Source: Candidatus Microgenomatus sp.
Lineage (GTDB): Bacteria > Patescibacteriota > Microgenomatia > UBA8517
Direction of reading: 5' to 3'
Length of the DNA stretch: 64,000 bases
NCBI GenBank assembly: GCA_020724555.1
Contig: DYGT01000003.1
Location: forward strand, 21,415 to 85,414
Shown here: piece by piece, positions 1 to 8,972 of the stretch
How the letters are laid out: each line of letters opens with the position of its first letter
Position numbering within the stretch: the first letter of the stretch is position 1
The notes under the pieces: model-generated
Database searches by the model: none
Seen by the model: only the letters and a program-made list of their open reading frames with translations
Told to the model about the DNA's origin: nothing
Position numbers and translations under genes: made by a program

Positions 1-1648
1 TCTTGGGAGCATAATTTGAAACTTTTTCGCGGGGTTCTTTTATGGTTTTAAGCATGGATTCCAAAATAAACATCCTGCCTTCTTTTGCCTGGATTAGTGC
101 ATCTTTAAGAATTTCTGGCGTAAGATTTAGGGTTTTAACGTCCAGCTGAAGCGCGGTCACTCCATCTTTTGTACCCGTTACCTTAAAATCCATATCGCCA
201 TTAAAATCTTCAATGCCTGCAATATCGCTTAGAATGGCGACCTTTTTATCTTCAATTACAAGACCCATAGCAATACCGGAAACCGGTGACTTTATCGGCA
301 CACCTGCATCCATCAAAGATAATGTCGAAGCACAAGTACTGGCCATGGAGGTTGAGCCATTGGAACTGGTTACTTCTGAAACCAAACGGATGGCATACGG
401 AAAATCCTTTTCAGTGGGAATGACAGGCAGGAGCGCCCGCTCGGCCAGGGCCCCGTGTCCAATCTCCCGGCGGCTTGGGGAACCTACTCTCCCTGTTTCA
501 CCAACAGAATATGGAGGCATACTGTAGTGGTGGATATAACGCTTTTCTTCCTCACCTTCGGCTGTTTCAATTAATTGCCCCAGTGAAGGAGATCCCAAGG
601 TGGTAATATTCAAAACCTGAGTCTGGCCGCGGGTAAAGATGGCTGAGCCGTGCGTTCTCGGGAGCACTCCTACTTCTGAGCTTAATTCACGAATTTCATT
701 TAGCTTCCTGCCATCCGGACGTTTTCCGGCCAAAATCATTTCACGGATTTTTTTGGTTAAAAGAACATCAACTAAATCTTTTGCCTCCCGAGCGCTTTCT
801 TCGCCAACTGCTTGGGCAACAGCCTCTTTTAAACTATTCAAATCGCCTGCTCCACCTTCTTTTTGAGCCAGACGAAAAATTATGTCAGAAAGTTTAGCAT
901 CAACAAGTTTTTTGACTTGTTTTTCCAAATCAGGATCCGGAGTTTTATGGGCATACTCTTCTTTTTTATTGCCGACTTCTTTGGCAAAATTTTCAATGAA
1001 ATCAATAATTTCCTGGGATTCTTTGTAAGCAAATTCAATGCCTCCCAATATTTTTTCTTCAGGCACTTCCCTGGCTCCTGCTTCAATCATAACGATGGCA
1101 TCTTTTGTACAGGAAACGACCAAATCCATATCGGAAAATTCAACCTCTGATTCACGCGGGTTTATAAAAAAAGTGTCTTCTTTAAGCCCAACCGAGAGCA
1201 CCCCAACCGGTCCATACCAAGGAATAGTAGAAGCTTCTATGGCAGCGCTAACCGCCAGAGGGGCTATAAAAACCGGGTCGTTTTCCATATCCACGGACAA
1301 AACTGTAACGATTACCTGTACGTCTTTTTTGTAGGTCTTGGGAAATAGAGGGCGGATGGAGCGGTCTATAAGCCGGGCCTTTAATACTTCATCGTCGCTG
1401 GGCCTGCCTTCACGCTTTACCCAACGGGAACCTTTTATGCGGCCTCCGGCATAAAGGCGCTCCTGATATTCAACGCTTAAAGGAAAATAATCCAGCTCGG
1501 CCGTCAGATCTGAAGCTACAACCGTTGCCAAGACAACGGTCTCCCCATATTGCGCAATTACAGCCCCACTCGCCTGAGTGGCAACTTTACCCGTAGATAG
1601 GGTGAGGGTTCTTCCCCCAAATTCTAAACTTTTTTTAATTTCTTTCAT
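1..1648 (-). CDS. pnp: polynucleotide phosphorylase (PNPase), N-terminal about 550 aa; gene runs off the window start
   Basis: Manual reverse translation from ATG at 1648..1646 gives MKEIKKSLEFGGRTLTLSTGKVATQASGAVIAQYGETVVLATVV...DYFPLSVEYQERLYAGGRIKGSRWVKREGRPSDDEVL. Both RNase PH-like core domains are present and the gene sits directly downstream of rpsO. It is absent from the ORF track because the stop lies beyond the window. Confidence 0.9.
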   Translation of the reverse strand, partial: MKEIKKSLEFGGRTLTLSTGKVATQASGAVIAQYGETVVLATVVASDLTAELDYFPLSVEYQERLYAGGRIKGSRWVKREGRPSDDEVLKARLIDRSIRPLFPKTYKKDVQVIVTVLSVDMENDPVFIAPLAVSAAIEASTIPWYGPVGVLSVGLKEDTFFINPRESEVEFSDMDLVVSCTKDAIVMIEAGAREVPEEKILGGIEFAYKESQEIIDFIENFAKEVGNKKEEYAHKTPDPDLEKQVKKLVDAKLSDIIFRLAQKEGGAGDLNSLKEAVAQAVGEESAREAKDLVDVLLTKKIREMILAGKRPDGRKLNEIRELSSEVGVLPRTHGSAIFTRGQTQVLNITTLGSPSLGQLIETAEGEEEKRYIHHYSMPPYSVGETGRVGSPSRREIGHGALAERALLPVIPTEKDFPYAIRLVSEVTSSNGSTSMASTCASTLSLMDAGVPIKSPVSGIAMGLVIEDKKVAILSDIAGIEDFNGDMDFKVTGTKDGVTALQLDVKTLNLTPEILKDALIQAKEGRMFILESMLKTIKEPREKVSNYAPK

Positions 1649-1652
1649 TAAT

Positions 1653-1919
1653 TTATTTAATACCCAATTCTTTTGTTAATGCCCTGAAGCGATCCTCATC
1701 TCTTTTTTGAAGATACGCCAAAAGCCTCCGCCTTTTAGCAACCATGCTCAAAAGTCCGCGCCTGGAATGAACATCTTTATTATGAACTTTCAGGTGTTCC
1801 GCGAGTTTATTGATTTTAACCGTAAGAAGCGCTATTTGTACTTCCGGAGAACCTGTGTCTCCTTTTTCGCGGGCAAATTTTTTTATTATGTCTTGTTTTT
1901 CGTCTTTTAATAAAGCCAT
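1653..1919 (-). CDS. rpsO: 30S ribosomal protein S15
   Basis: 88 aa, [15 protein letters not shown]...[25 protein letters not shown] is the canonical S15 sequence. rpsO-pnp synteny, with only a 4-nt spacer to pnp. Confidence 0.95.
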   Translation of the reverse strand: MALLKDEKQDIIKKFAREKGDTGSPEVQIALLTVKINKLAEHLKVHNKDVHSRRGLLSMVAKRRRLLAYLQKRDEDRFRALTKELGIK

Positions 1920-2029
1920 AAGTCATGAGTCACTGAGAAAACGGAGTTTCACCGTCATCCCTGTTACACATCAGTGAGAATAATAACACACAAGCATGCT
2001 TTGTGCAATTGTTAGATTTAAGCTTAAAC

Positions 2030-2872
2030 TCAGCTTATATCCGTACCTTTGTAGATTTTGGGCTGGGTCCACTCACGGGGCGGTTCCTCAGCCTTCTCTC
2101 CTTCGGGGTTTTCAACTTTGCTTTCCTGGTAAGGGCGCATGGGTATTGCGCCAGTGGGGTAAGCTTTTGCCGAAACCGTGGGATTGGCTTTAGCTCCGGC
2201 TTGCATTAAGCGCGAAGCCAACGCAAAAGTTTCACTGGTCACATTATCATCGGCAAAATTTCGCGAGCCGGCGTATAACCCCAGCAAAAGATTTGTGGCA
2301 ATATCCTGGCTATAATCATCAATCAAACTGGCAACGATTTCAGAAACGCTTGTGGCTTTTTGCGAAAAGGACATCACTTCACGCGTTAGCTTAATGTCAT
2401 TTATTCCGATGTGAACTAACTCCACGTTTTTGAGCTCCTCTTTATTAAGTTGAGGAAAATGCCCGTCGTGGGCTCCACCAATCAAAATTGCCAAATCAGC
2501 GCTTAAGCCCGCGTAACTGACCTGAACGTCGCTTTCGGCCGGAGGTTTTTCACCCGGTTTGGGTATGACTATAAGTTTCATCTGGTTATCGACAACATCA
2601 TATGTCACGCGTTCAATTTTTTTGGGGTCATATTCTTTTAAAGAGAAAACTAAATTCTTGTTACCCATTTCCTGGGTGACCTTATTCACTCCCACCAAAC
2701 GGTTAAACTGAACAGTCATAGGTGAAGGACAATTTATAATCGTATCTTTTTTCTCTTTTAGATAAAGATAAAGTCCCAGCCCGGCTGCTACTTGGTCAAA
2801 ATAAGGATCTTTCGGCAAAAGTATTAAAATCGAATTTTTACTTTCAATAAGATTGTCAAATGAGTCTTTCAT
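2030..2872 (-). CDS. DHH-family (NrnA-like) phosphoesterase homolog with degenerate catalytic motifs
   Basis: 280 aa. N-terminal ILILLPKDPYFDQVAAGLGL aligns to the NrnA HxxPDGDAxGS region but H and the DGD aspartates are replaced. LIGGAHDGHF sits where the DHH motif is expected. LYAGSRNFADDNVTSETFALASRL resembles the NrnA GDTGxF segment. Position between infB and rpsO matches where DHH genes sit in other bacteria. Confidence 0.5.
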   Translation of the reverse strand: MKDSFDNLIESKNSILILLPKDPYFDQVAAGLGLYLYLKEKKDTIINCPSPMTVQFNRLVGVNKVTQEMGNKNLVFSLKEYDPKKIERVTYDVVDNQMKLIVIPKPGEKPPAESDVQVSYAGLSADLAILIGGAHDGHFPQLNKEELKNVELVHIGINDIKLTREVMSFSQKATSVSEIVASLIDDYSQDIATNLLLGLYAGSRNFADDNVTSETFALASRLMQAGAKANPTVSAKAYPTGAIPMRPYQESKVENPEGEKAEEPPREWTQPKIYKGTDIS

Positions 2873-2881
2873 TTTTAGGGT

Positions 2882-4285
2882 TTATACGGCCGATAGTATC
2901 ATATCGCCTTTATTAAAATCAATTTGCGGTTTAAATATTATGCCGCAATCCTCGCCGGCCTTGGCAACACCAATATCTTCTTTGCCGCGCTTAAGAGAAG
3001 TAATTGTGGCTCGTCCAAGCTCACTATCCCCACGCATAATAATCACCCTATCACCTTTTTTAATCTCACCTTTTTGCACACGGCATCCGGCAACTTTTAA
3101 CTTTTCATAAGGGAAGATATCTACTATTTCCGCTTCTCCTTTTGTGTGTAGTTTTTTGGCTTCCACCAGCTCCGAAACCCTTTCCAAAAGTTTATAAATA
3201 ATATCAAAAGTTTCAATCTTCACGCCTTCGGTGTCGGCTAACTTTTTAACTCCTGACGGCGCTTTAGTTCCAAAAGTAAGAATTGTCGCACCGCTTGTTT
3301 TGGCAAAAAACACATCTGATTCACTGACTTCCCCCACGCTCGAATCAATAACAACGGCGTCGGCCGGTAAACTCGCAAGCAAAGCCTCCAGAGACCCGGC
3401 ACTTGCCGCTTTTACTACTAAGCCAAGTTGTTTGTCTGATACTTCCGCGAAAAACTTTTTGGCTGGCTCCTCTTTTAATTTGTTGGTTGTAGCTTTGCCG
3501 TCTTTGTGGTCACCCACCAAGCTCTCACCCACTTGCGGCAAATCAGTAAAGCCCAATATCAGGGCAGGGTAGCCGGGGAATACCTCTTTAACTGGCTGGT
3601 TACGCTCTCCAAAAATGCCTCGTACACGGGCTTTTGTGCTCTGTGAGCTTAAAACCTGTCCGGATTTTAGTGTGCCATTTCTTACCACGACAGACACTAC
3701 CGCACCCCTTTTATCTTTATTAGTTTCTATGACAATAGCCTCAAGATCCCCTTCGGGGTCGCCTGATATACCTTCCACTTGGGCCATAAGTTCAATTAAT
3801 TCCAAAAGTTCATTCAATCCTTCTTTGGTTTTAATGGATGTTTTTACCCAAGGAATTGTGCCACCTCGCCCCTCAAAAAAAATTCCCTCTTCTTCAAGCT
3901 GGGATATTGCGCGTTCAATGTTAGCTGCGGGAAGATCGATTTTTGTTATGACGACAATCATGGGGGTTTCGGACTCACGGATATAGCTTATGGCTTCTTT
4001 TGTTTGCGGCATAACGCCGTCGTCAGCAGCTACTACCAAAAGTACAATATCAGCAACTTTTGCCCCACGGGCACGCATTTGGGAAAAAGCTGCATGTCCG
4101 GGAGTATCTACAAAAGTAATGGTCCCTTCCTGGCTTTTAAGCACCGAGGCACCGATGCCTTGGGTAATGCCACCCGCTTCGCGGCCTTGGATATTAGTTT
4201 GCCGGAGGGCATCCAACAAAGAAGTCTTGCCGTGGTCCACATGGCCTAAAACTGTCACAATTGGTGGTCTTTTGGATTCCTTCAT
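2882..4285 (-). CDS. infB: translation initiation factor IF-2, short form (G domain onward, 467 aa)
   Basis: VTVLGHVDHGKTSLLDAL P-loop, DTPGHAAF, ITKIDL, and C-terminal beta-barrel domains. Immediately downstream of nusA. Confidence 0.95.
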   Translation of the reverse strand: MKESKRPPIVTVLGHVDHGKTSLLDALRQTNIQGREAGGITQGIGASVLKSQEGTITFVDTPGHAAFSQMRARGAKVADIVLLVVAADDGVMPQTKEAISYIRESETPMIVVITKIDLPAANIERAISQLEEEGIFFEGRGGTIPWVKTSIKTKEGLNELLELIELMAQVEGISGDPEGDLEAIVIETNKDKRGAVVSVVVRNGTLKSGQVLSSQSTKARVRGIFGERNQPVKEVFPGYPALILGFTDLPQVGESLVGDHKDGKATTNKLKEEPAKKFFAEVSDKQLGLVVKAASAGSLEALLASLPADAVVIDSSVGEVSESDVFFAKTSGATILTFGTKAPSGVKKLADTEGVKIETFDIIYKLLERVSELVEAKKLHTKGEAEIVDIFPYEKLKVAGCRVQKGEIKKGDRVIIMRGDSELGRATITSLKRGKEDIGVAKAGEDCGIIFKPQIDFNKGDMILSAV

Positions 4286-4317
4286 AATTTTTTAAATAAC
4301 CAAGTTTATTCACCATT

Positions 4318-5367
4318 TTAATTTTCAGATGATTCGTCACTTGCGTCTTTTTGGGGGGCTTCTTCCTCGCTAGTAGTTGCCGGCCCCTCACCGTTTCCTT
4401 GTACTTCAATTTTCCAACCAGTAAGCTTTGAGGCAAGCCGGGCATTTTGCCCATCTTTTCCAATAGCCAAAGAAAGCTGCTCTTCCGGCACAGTAAGCAC
4501 AACGCTTTTTTCTGCCTCGTTAAATTTCATATCAATCACTTCCACGGGCGACATAGTGGCTTTTATAAATTCGCGCTCATCTTCGCTAAAAGGAACAATA
4601 TCAATCCGTTCTCCTCCAAGCTCATTGGTGACGGCCTGTACGCGTACACCTTTTTGTCCGACACAAGAGCCTACCGGATCCACCCCGGATTGGCTTGAAT
4701 ATACGGCGATTTTTGTGCGTATCCCAGGCTCCCTGGCGATGCCTTTTATTTCTACGCTGCCCGAGGCAACTTCCGGTACTTCACGCGCGAAAATTCTTTC
4801 GACAAAGGCTCTGTCGGCTCTGGATAATACTACCTGTTTTCCACGCGGAGTATCTTCAATTTCTTTAAGAAAAAAAGTTAGTCTTTGGCCGGGATTCAGG
4901 CGCTCGGTGGGAATGCGCTCAATGGCAGGCATAATCCCTTCGGTGCGGCCTAAATCCACGCGCACATTGGGCCCGTCAAAACGAAGGACAATACCCGAAA
5001 TAAGGCTGCCCACACGGGATTCAAATTCATCCATAACAACTCCTTTTTCGGCTTCACGGATCTTCTGGTGAATCACCTGCTTGGCGGTCTGGGCTGCGAT
5101 TCTCCCAAAACCCGGGGGCGTAACGTCTTTTTTTTCTTCGGGCTTTTCCGGATCCCAGGCCAATATTTTAGCCTCACCCGTAACTTTGTCTATTTCGGCG
5201 TCGTATTCAAGCTCGTCAACTTCAATGCCGCCTTCGCGTGCGTCGCGTTTGTAAGCCGCCACATAAGCCTGACGGATGGTTTCTAAAATCACATCCGGAT
5301 CCAGACCACGCTCGGTTGTAATGGCCTTTAGTGCTTGTGCAAATTCTGTTCTTGGTAATCCTGCCAT
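4318..5367 (-). CDS. nusA: transcription termination/antitermination factor NusA
   Basis: 349 aa with NusA N-terminal domain, S1 and tandem KH regions (GIAREPGIRTKIAV..., VGSCVGQKGVRVQAV...). Acidic C-terminal tail. Confidence 0.95.
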   Translation of the reverse strand: MAGLPRTEFAQALKAITTERGLDPDVILETIRQAYVAAYKRDAREGGIEVDELEYDAEIDKVTGEAKILAWDPEKPEEKKDVTPPGFGRIAAQTAKQVIHQKIREAEKGVVMDEFESRVGSLISGIVLRFDGPNVRVDLGRTEGIMPAIERIPTERLNPGQRLTFFLKEIEDTPRGKQVVLSRADRAFVERIFAREVPEVASGSVEIKGIAREPGIRTKIAVYSSQSGVDPVGSCVGQKGVRVQAVTNELGGERIDIVPFSEDEREFIKATMSPVEVIDMKFNEAEKSVVLTVPEEQLSLAIGKDGQNARLASKLTGWKIEVQGNGEGPATTSEEEAPQKDASDESSEN

Positions 5368-5598
5368 AATAATTTTAATATACGCTCGCTAACAAAAAAG
5401 GCGGGCACTCGTCCCACCAACTTTCATATTCTTTGGCTATTGTACCTCTTTGGCTTTATTAAAGTCAAACAAATACTGCATTACTATTACCCCCTCTATA
5501 TTAATGTATCGATACATCAATACAATACTTTATACAAAAAAATAATGCGAATTGGCCTTTCCAATAATTATACGGTTTGATGTTGGGGCTGAAGCTAC

Positions 5599-7722
5599 TT
5601 ATTCAGAGTTTGTCCCGTTTTGGGCGGCTGCAAGTATAATCTTAAAAGGTATAATCTGAGTGGAAAGCCCAGCCTTTTGAGCTGTGATGGCGACTGTTGA
5701 GTCAGGGTAAAGGGTGGGTGTCAGGCTAAAGGTGGAGTCAGCTCCTGTGGTTGCAGTGAATGTCTTCACTTCCCCAGGGTTTTGGTTGTTGACCACAGTC
5801 AGGCTGATGAGGGAGTCGGCAAAGGCAATACCAGTGAAGATGGGAGTAAGGGTGGTTGTGGTATAGCTTGTCCTCACGCTTTCCGGCCTGAAGGAAGAAA
5901 TGATGCCTGTGTTTACTCCAGTTGCCCGGTTGATCTGAAGTGGGAACCAAAAGCCCGAGAAAAGTGGCGTACTTTCCACTGAAACAAGGGCTTGGGTGAG
6001 GGTGAGAGGAACTACATTTGTGTCAAAGTGATTGCCCCATTTGTCAACTGCCCTCACTTTCACCTCATACTCCCCCGGGGTGAATGTGGCCTGGGCTGTA
6101 AGCACCCCTTCTGAATTGGCAGAGACTACTACTCTCCCATCCTCCCCTACTAGGCTCACAGGTACTCGCTTTAAGTATTGAGTGAAATTTCCGTCTTTGC
6201 CAATATACACCTCAAAGCGGTCAAGGTTACTTTTGATGTGCTCCACATTTTTACTGGGAATGTGGAAGGAAAAAGTAGGTACCGCTCCTTCTGTGCTCAC
6301 ACTGTCCAAGGTAAATGGCCAAAAGAGGAAAGCTTCCTGGGTTTCAATTCTGGACTGGTAGGAAGTGGCTCTGAAGTGAGCAGTGAAGCCATCTCCCTCG
6401 CTCCACCGGTCGCGTGGAGCCACCCCTGCCCATGGCTCAAAGTCATGGTAAAACTCAGTAATTGTCTCGTGGTCTGAGTGCTGGCGCTTGGAAAAATTCG
6501 TGAGTGGTCCAAAGCCCTGGTTGTTGATGGAAACCTCGGGGCTGCGAAGGTCAAACTTCCCATACTCCCCCATGACAATGTTTCCACTCAGCCTCATCTT
6601 GTCCCCACTGCTTTCAGGTGGGTAGTTCACGGTAAAGCCTGGCGTGGCAGTGGCTTCATAATCTTCAAAGATGAGGATGCGGTTGTTTCCAGAGTCAACA
6701 ACGAGCAATTTATTTTGATACTCAAATACTCTACCTGCCCCGGAGATGGTATTCGCGGAAGTTGTTCCTCCGGCATTACTCAGACTCCCAGATAAATCTG
6801 TTTGACCTATGACCACGTCCGCTGATGCCCCGTTTGTAGTAGGGATAGCATTGAAAATGAGAACACGATTGTGATTGGCGTCTCCTACGAATAATTTGCT
6901 CCCGCTTGAGAAAGGGATCCGTATGTTGCCAAGAGTATTAGGAGCCGCAGGTAGATCAGTATCAGTATCAAAGTCAGCCTGACCAATTACCACATCTGCT
7001 GGAACATAGTTTCCGGTTGGAATAGAATTCCAAAGCAGGATTCGGTAAGCATTTGGATCTGCCACAAAAAGTCTGCCTGATGTGTCTATTGTGACACCCA
7101 GACCGTTTACAATGGTGTATCGCGATGCCGAAACGCTATCACAGGTTGTAAAATCCGGTTGACCCAAGACCACATCGGCTGGAGCGTAATTTGTTGTAGG
7201 AATCGAATTCCATATAAGTACTCGGTCGTGACTTGCGTCGGATACGACTAATTTTCCATGGTGTACAGCCATTCCGTAGGGTACGTACAGAGTCTTGTTA
7301 TCACACGTGGCTTCTTGACTTGTCATGGTACTATTTCCCACAACAACGTCGGCAGGTTCTCCATTTGTTGTTGGAAATTCATTCCAAATAAGCACGCGGT
7401 GGTTATATGCGTCTGCAACAAAAAGCTTATCTTGGTAAACCCAGACTGCTGTAGGATTTCTAAGCGTATCAGCATCTCTAGCTCCTCCTCCGTTAATTGA
7501 CCCTGTGTCAAAATCTGATTGGCCAAGCACGAGGTCGGCTGGAGTCCCATTAGTTGCTGGTATCTGATTCCAAATTAGAACACGGTTATTGTTATATTCG
7601 GCTACGATTAAGTGCCCTTTTTCATCTACAAAAATCCCTGAAGGGCTGTTTAAACTAGTCGATGACGTTCCTGGAGAATTCGTGGAAAAGTCTGGTTGGC
7701 CAATGACAACAGAAGCTGGCAT
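5599..7722 (-). CDS. secreted NHL-repeat (six-bladed beta-propeller) protein, currently phase-OFF. The in-frame signal-peptide leader extends upstream to about 7857 but has no in-frame start codon.
   Basis: Seven or more repeats of NxRVLIWNxIPTTNGxPADVVxGQxDF (NHL-type) followed by a C-terminal beta-rich domain. The upstream in-frame translation (HSLT)nHSHKVLIGLFFSLFIFLVLVPSKAWGYYTN-MPASVV is a signal peptide with no in-frame ATG, so the annotated ATG at 7722 would yield a leaderless cytoplasmic product. Confidence 0.7.
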   Translation of the reverse strand: MPASVVIGQPDFSTNSPGTSSTSLNSPSGIFVDEKGHLIVAEYNNNRVLIWNQIPATNGTPADLVLGQSDFDTGSINGGGARDADTLRNPTAVWVYQDKLFVADAYNHRVLIWNEFPTTNGEPADVVVGNSTMTSQEATCDNKTLYVPYGMAVHHGKLVVSDASHDRVLIWNSIPTTNYAPADVVLGQPDFTTCDSVSASRYTIVNGLGVTIDTSGRLFVADPNAYRILLWNSIPTGNYVPADVVIGQADFDTDTDLPAAPNTLGNIRIPFSSGSKLFVGDANHNRVLIFNAIPTTNGASADVVIGQTDLSGSLSNAGGTTSANTISGAGRVFEYQNKLLVVDSGNNRILIFEDYEATATPGFTVNYPPESSGDKMRLSGNIVMGEYGKFDLRSPEVSINNQGFGPLTNFSKRQHSDHETITEFYHDFEPWAGVAPRDRWSEGDGFTAHFRATSYQSRIETQEAFLFWPFTLDSVSTEGAVPTFSFHIPSKNVEHIKSNLDRFEVYIGKDGNFTQYLKRVPVSLVGEDGRVVVSANSEGVLTAQATFTPGEYEVKVRAVDKWGNHFDTNVVPLTLTQALVSVESTPLFSGFWFPLQINRATGVNTGIISSFRPESVRTSYTTTTLTPIFTGIAFADSLISLTVVNNQNPGEVKTFTATTGADSTFSLTPTLYPDSTVAITAQKAGLSTQIIPFKIILAAAQNGTNSE

Positions 7723-7805
7723 ATTGGTGTAGTATCCCCAGGCTTTGCTTGGGACAAGAACGAGGAAAATAAAAAGTGAAAAAAATAAACCTATTAAGAC
7801 TTTAT

Positions 7806-7852
7806 GTGAGTGAGTGAGTGAGTGAGTGAGTGAGTGAGTGAGTGAGTGAGTG
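7806..7852 (-). repeat. tetranucleotide SSR: (GTGA)11 on plus strand = (CACT)11 in the mRNA sense, inside the 5' leader-peptide coding region of the NHL gene
   Basis: Direct reading of 7806..7852: g(tgag)x11 tg. The coding strand reads ATGTATGCA(CTCA)n...CACATAAAG. Confidence 0.95.
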
Positions 7853-8014
7853 CATACATTATTTTAAATTCAAAAGGCAAATTATTTGATCTGATTAATC
7901 TTATTAAAAGCATAAAGCCAAAAGGTTGTCAAGATTGAGAAGTTTCTAAAATAGGGTCTATACCCAAAATATTTCAATTTACAATTTTAGAAATATTTTT
8001 GGGTTCAAAATCTC

Positions 8015-8209
8015 TTACGAGAATTGCAAATTCGAGTAAGAGGAGTTTATCTTGGTATAGAGCTCGTCCTTAAATTGGGAAAATTTTTCTTCGAGCTTTT
8101 CGTCAAGTTTCTCTTCAAGTTTTTGCTCAAGCTTTTCTTCGAGCTTTTCTTCGAGCTTGCGCTCAACAACATCACTGATTTGTTTTAAATCCCTTGATGT
8201 TAATGGCAT
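8015..8209 (-). CDS. small coiled-coil protein with (EKLE)n repeats, hypothetical
   Basis: 64 aa, KLEEKLEEKLEQKLEEKLDEKLEEK encoded by imperfect 12-bp tandem DNA repeats (8091..8175). Weak evidence for expression. Confidence 0.3.
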   Translation of the reverse strand: MPLTSRDLKQISDVVERKLEEKLEEKLEQKLEEKLDEKLEEKFSQFKDELYTKINSSYSNLQFS

Positions 8210-8362
8210 ACATAATATATATAACAGGGAGAGTTAATTGGCAATTGCCAAGTTATGCTCTGCCACAAATGTTTGTTTAATTTGACTGCCCTGTGTTAAA
8301 ATTCAGCTGAAATGAGAGTGATTATTATTTCTAAAAAGTTTAGATTATTTTAGATTAATATT

Positions 8363-8968
8363 GTGGAAGATAATAAAGACAACAATCAAACTTCAGAACA
8401 TCCAAAACCAAAATTTATAAATGCTGAAAAATTTTTAGATACCTTTACCAAGCAAGTAAATGATCCGGGATGGATAGAAATAAGGAGGCAAAATGGCGCA
8501 GACACAGTCGTTTATACTTTAGGCAGCGGTTCTTCAAATGTGGAAACTGATGCAATTAATTTTTTGTGGCCAAATGCCAAAAAATTTGCAGTTGATCCCG
8601 ATAATACCGGCAAAATGGCAGCAGAATATTTTGGGTTTAATTTTATTACCAAATCGGCTACCGATCCGACAATTTATCAAGAGGGTGGTCAGGAGTTAAA
8701 CCCAGATTTGGTGATTATAAGAAATCCCAAACCAACAGGAGATAGTGAAATGTGGACTGAGGCTATTAGATTAGCATGGGAAAAAATGAAACCCGGAGGG
8801 ATACTTTATGTAACCGCTTCGTCTAATGAAAGGGAGAAAAATTCGGAAATACTTTCTAATGCCTTAAACAAATCAGAAGAGGAATTTATAGACAGCTGGA
8901 AGGTTAATCCACAAACTTTGGGTCTCGGAGCTTTTCCTGATCAGATAGTAATTTGCCTTAAAAAATGA
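8363..8968 (+). CDS. hypothetical protein, possible degenerate Rossmann/SAM-methyltransferase-like fold
   Basis: 201 aa, no signal peptide. TLGSGSS...AVDPD and LKPGGxL-like EKMKPGGILYVTAS resemble MTase motifs I and post-II/III but are not canonical. Confidence 0.45.
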   Translation: MEDNKDNNQTSEHPKPKFINAEKFLDTFTKQVNDPGWIEIRRQNGADTVVYTLGSGSSNVETDAINFLWPNAKKFAVDPDNTGKMAAEYFGFNFITKSATDPTIYQEGGQELNPDLVIIRNPKPTGDSEMWTEAIRLAWEKMKPGGILYVTASSNEREKNSEILSNALNKSEEEFIDSWKVNPQTLGLGAFPDQIVICLKK

Positions 8969-8972
8969 ATCA

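Noticed and set aside
213-1334. Plus-strand ORFs (213..527, 639..866, 863..1150, 1038..1334) inside the pnp region
   Set aside because: They are antisense to a confidently identified PNPase reading frame and have low-complexity, Ser/Pro/Thr-rich translations typical of shadow ORFs.
4289-4309. 21-nt exact repeat tttttaaataaccaagtttat at 4289..4309 and 47917..47937
   Set aside because: One copy is intergenic (infB RBS region) and the other lies inside galU, encoding KLGYLK. No further shared flanks. Most likely a chance AT-rich match rather than a mobile element.
3231-5286. Plus-strand ORFs antisense to infB and nusA (3231..3572, 3615..3986, 3990..4295, 4556..5071, 5068..5286)
   Set aside because: Shadow ORFs on the opposite strand of strongly conserved genes. 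No motifs.
7806-7852. (GTGA)n tract as a CRISPR array or minisatellite
   Set aside because: A 4-nt unit with no spacers, sited inside a leader-peptide reading frame. It is a coding SSR, not CRISPR.
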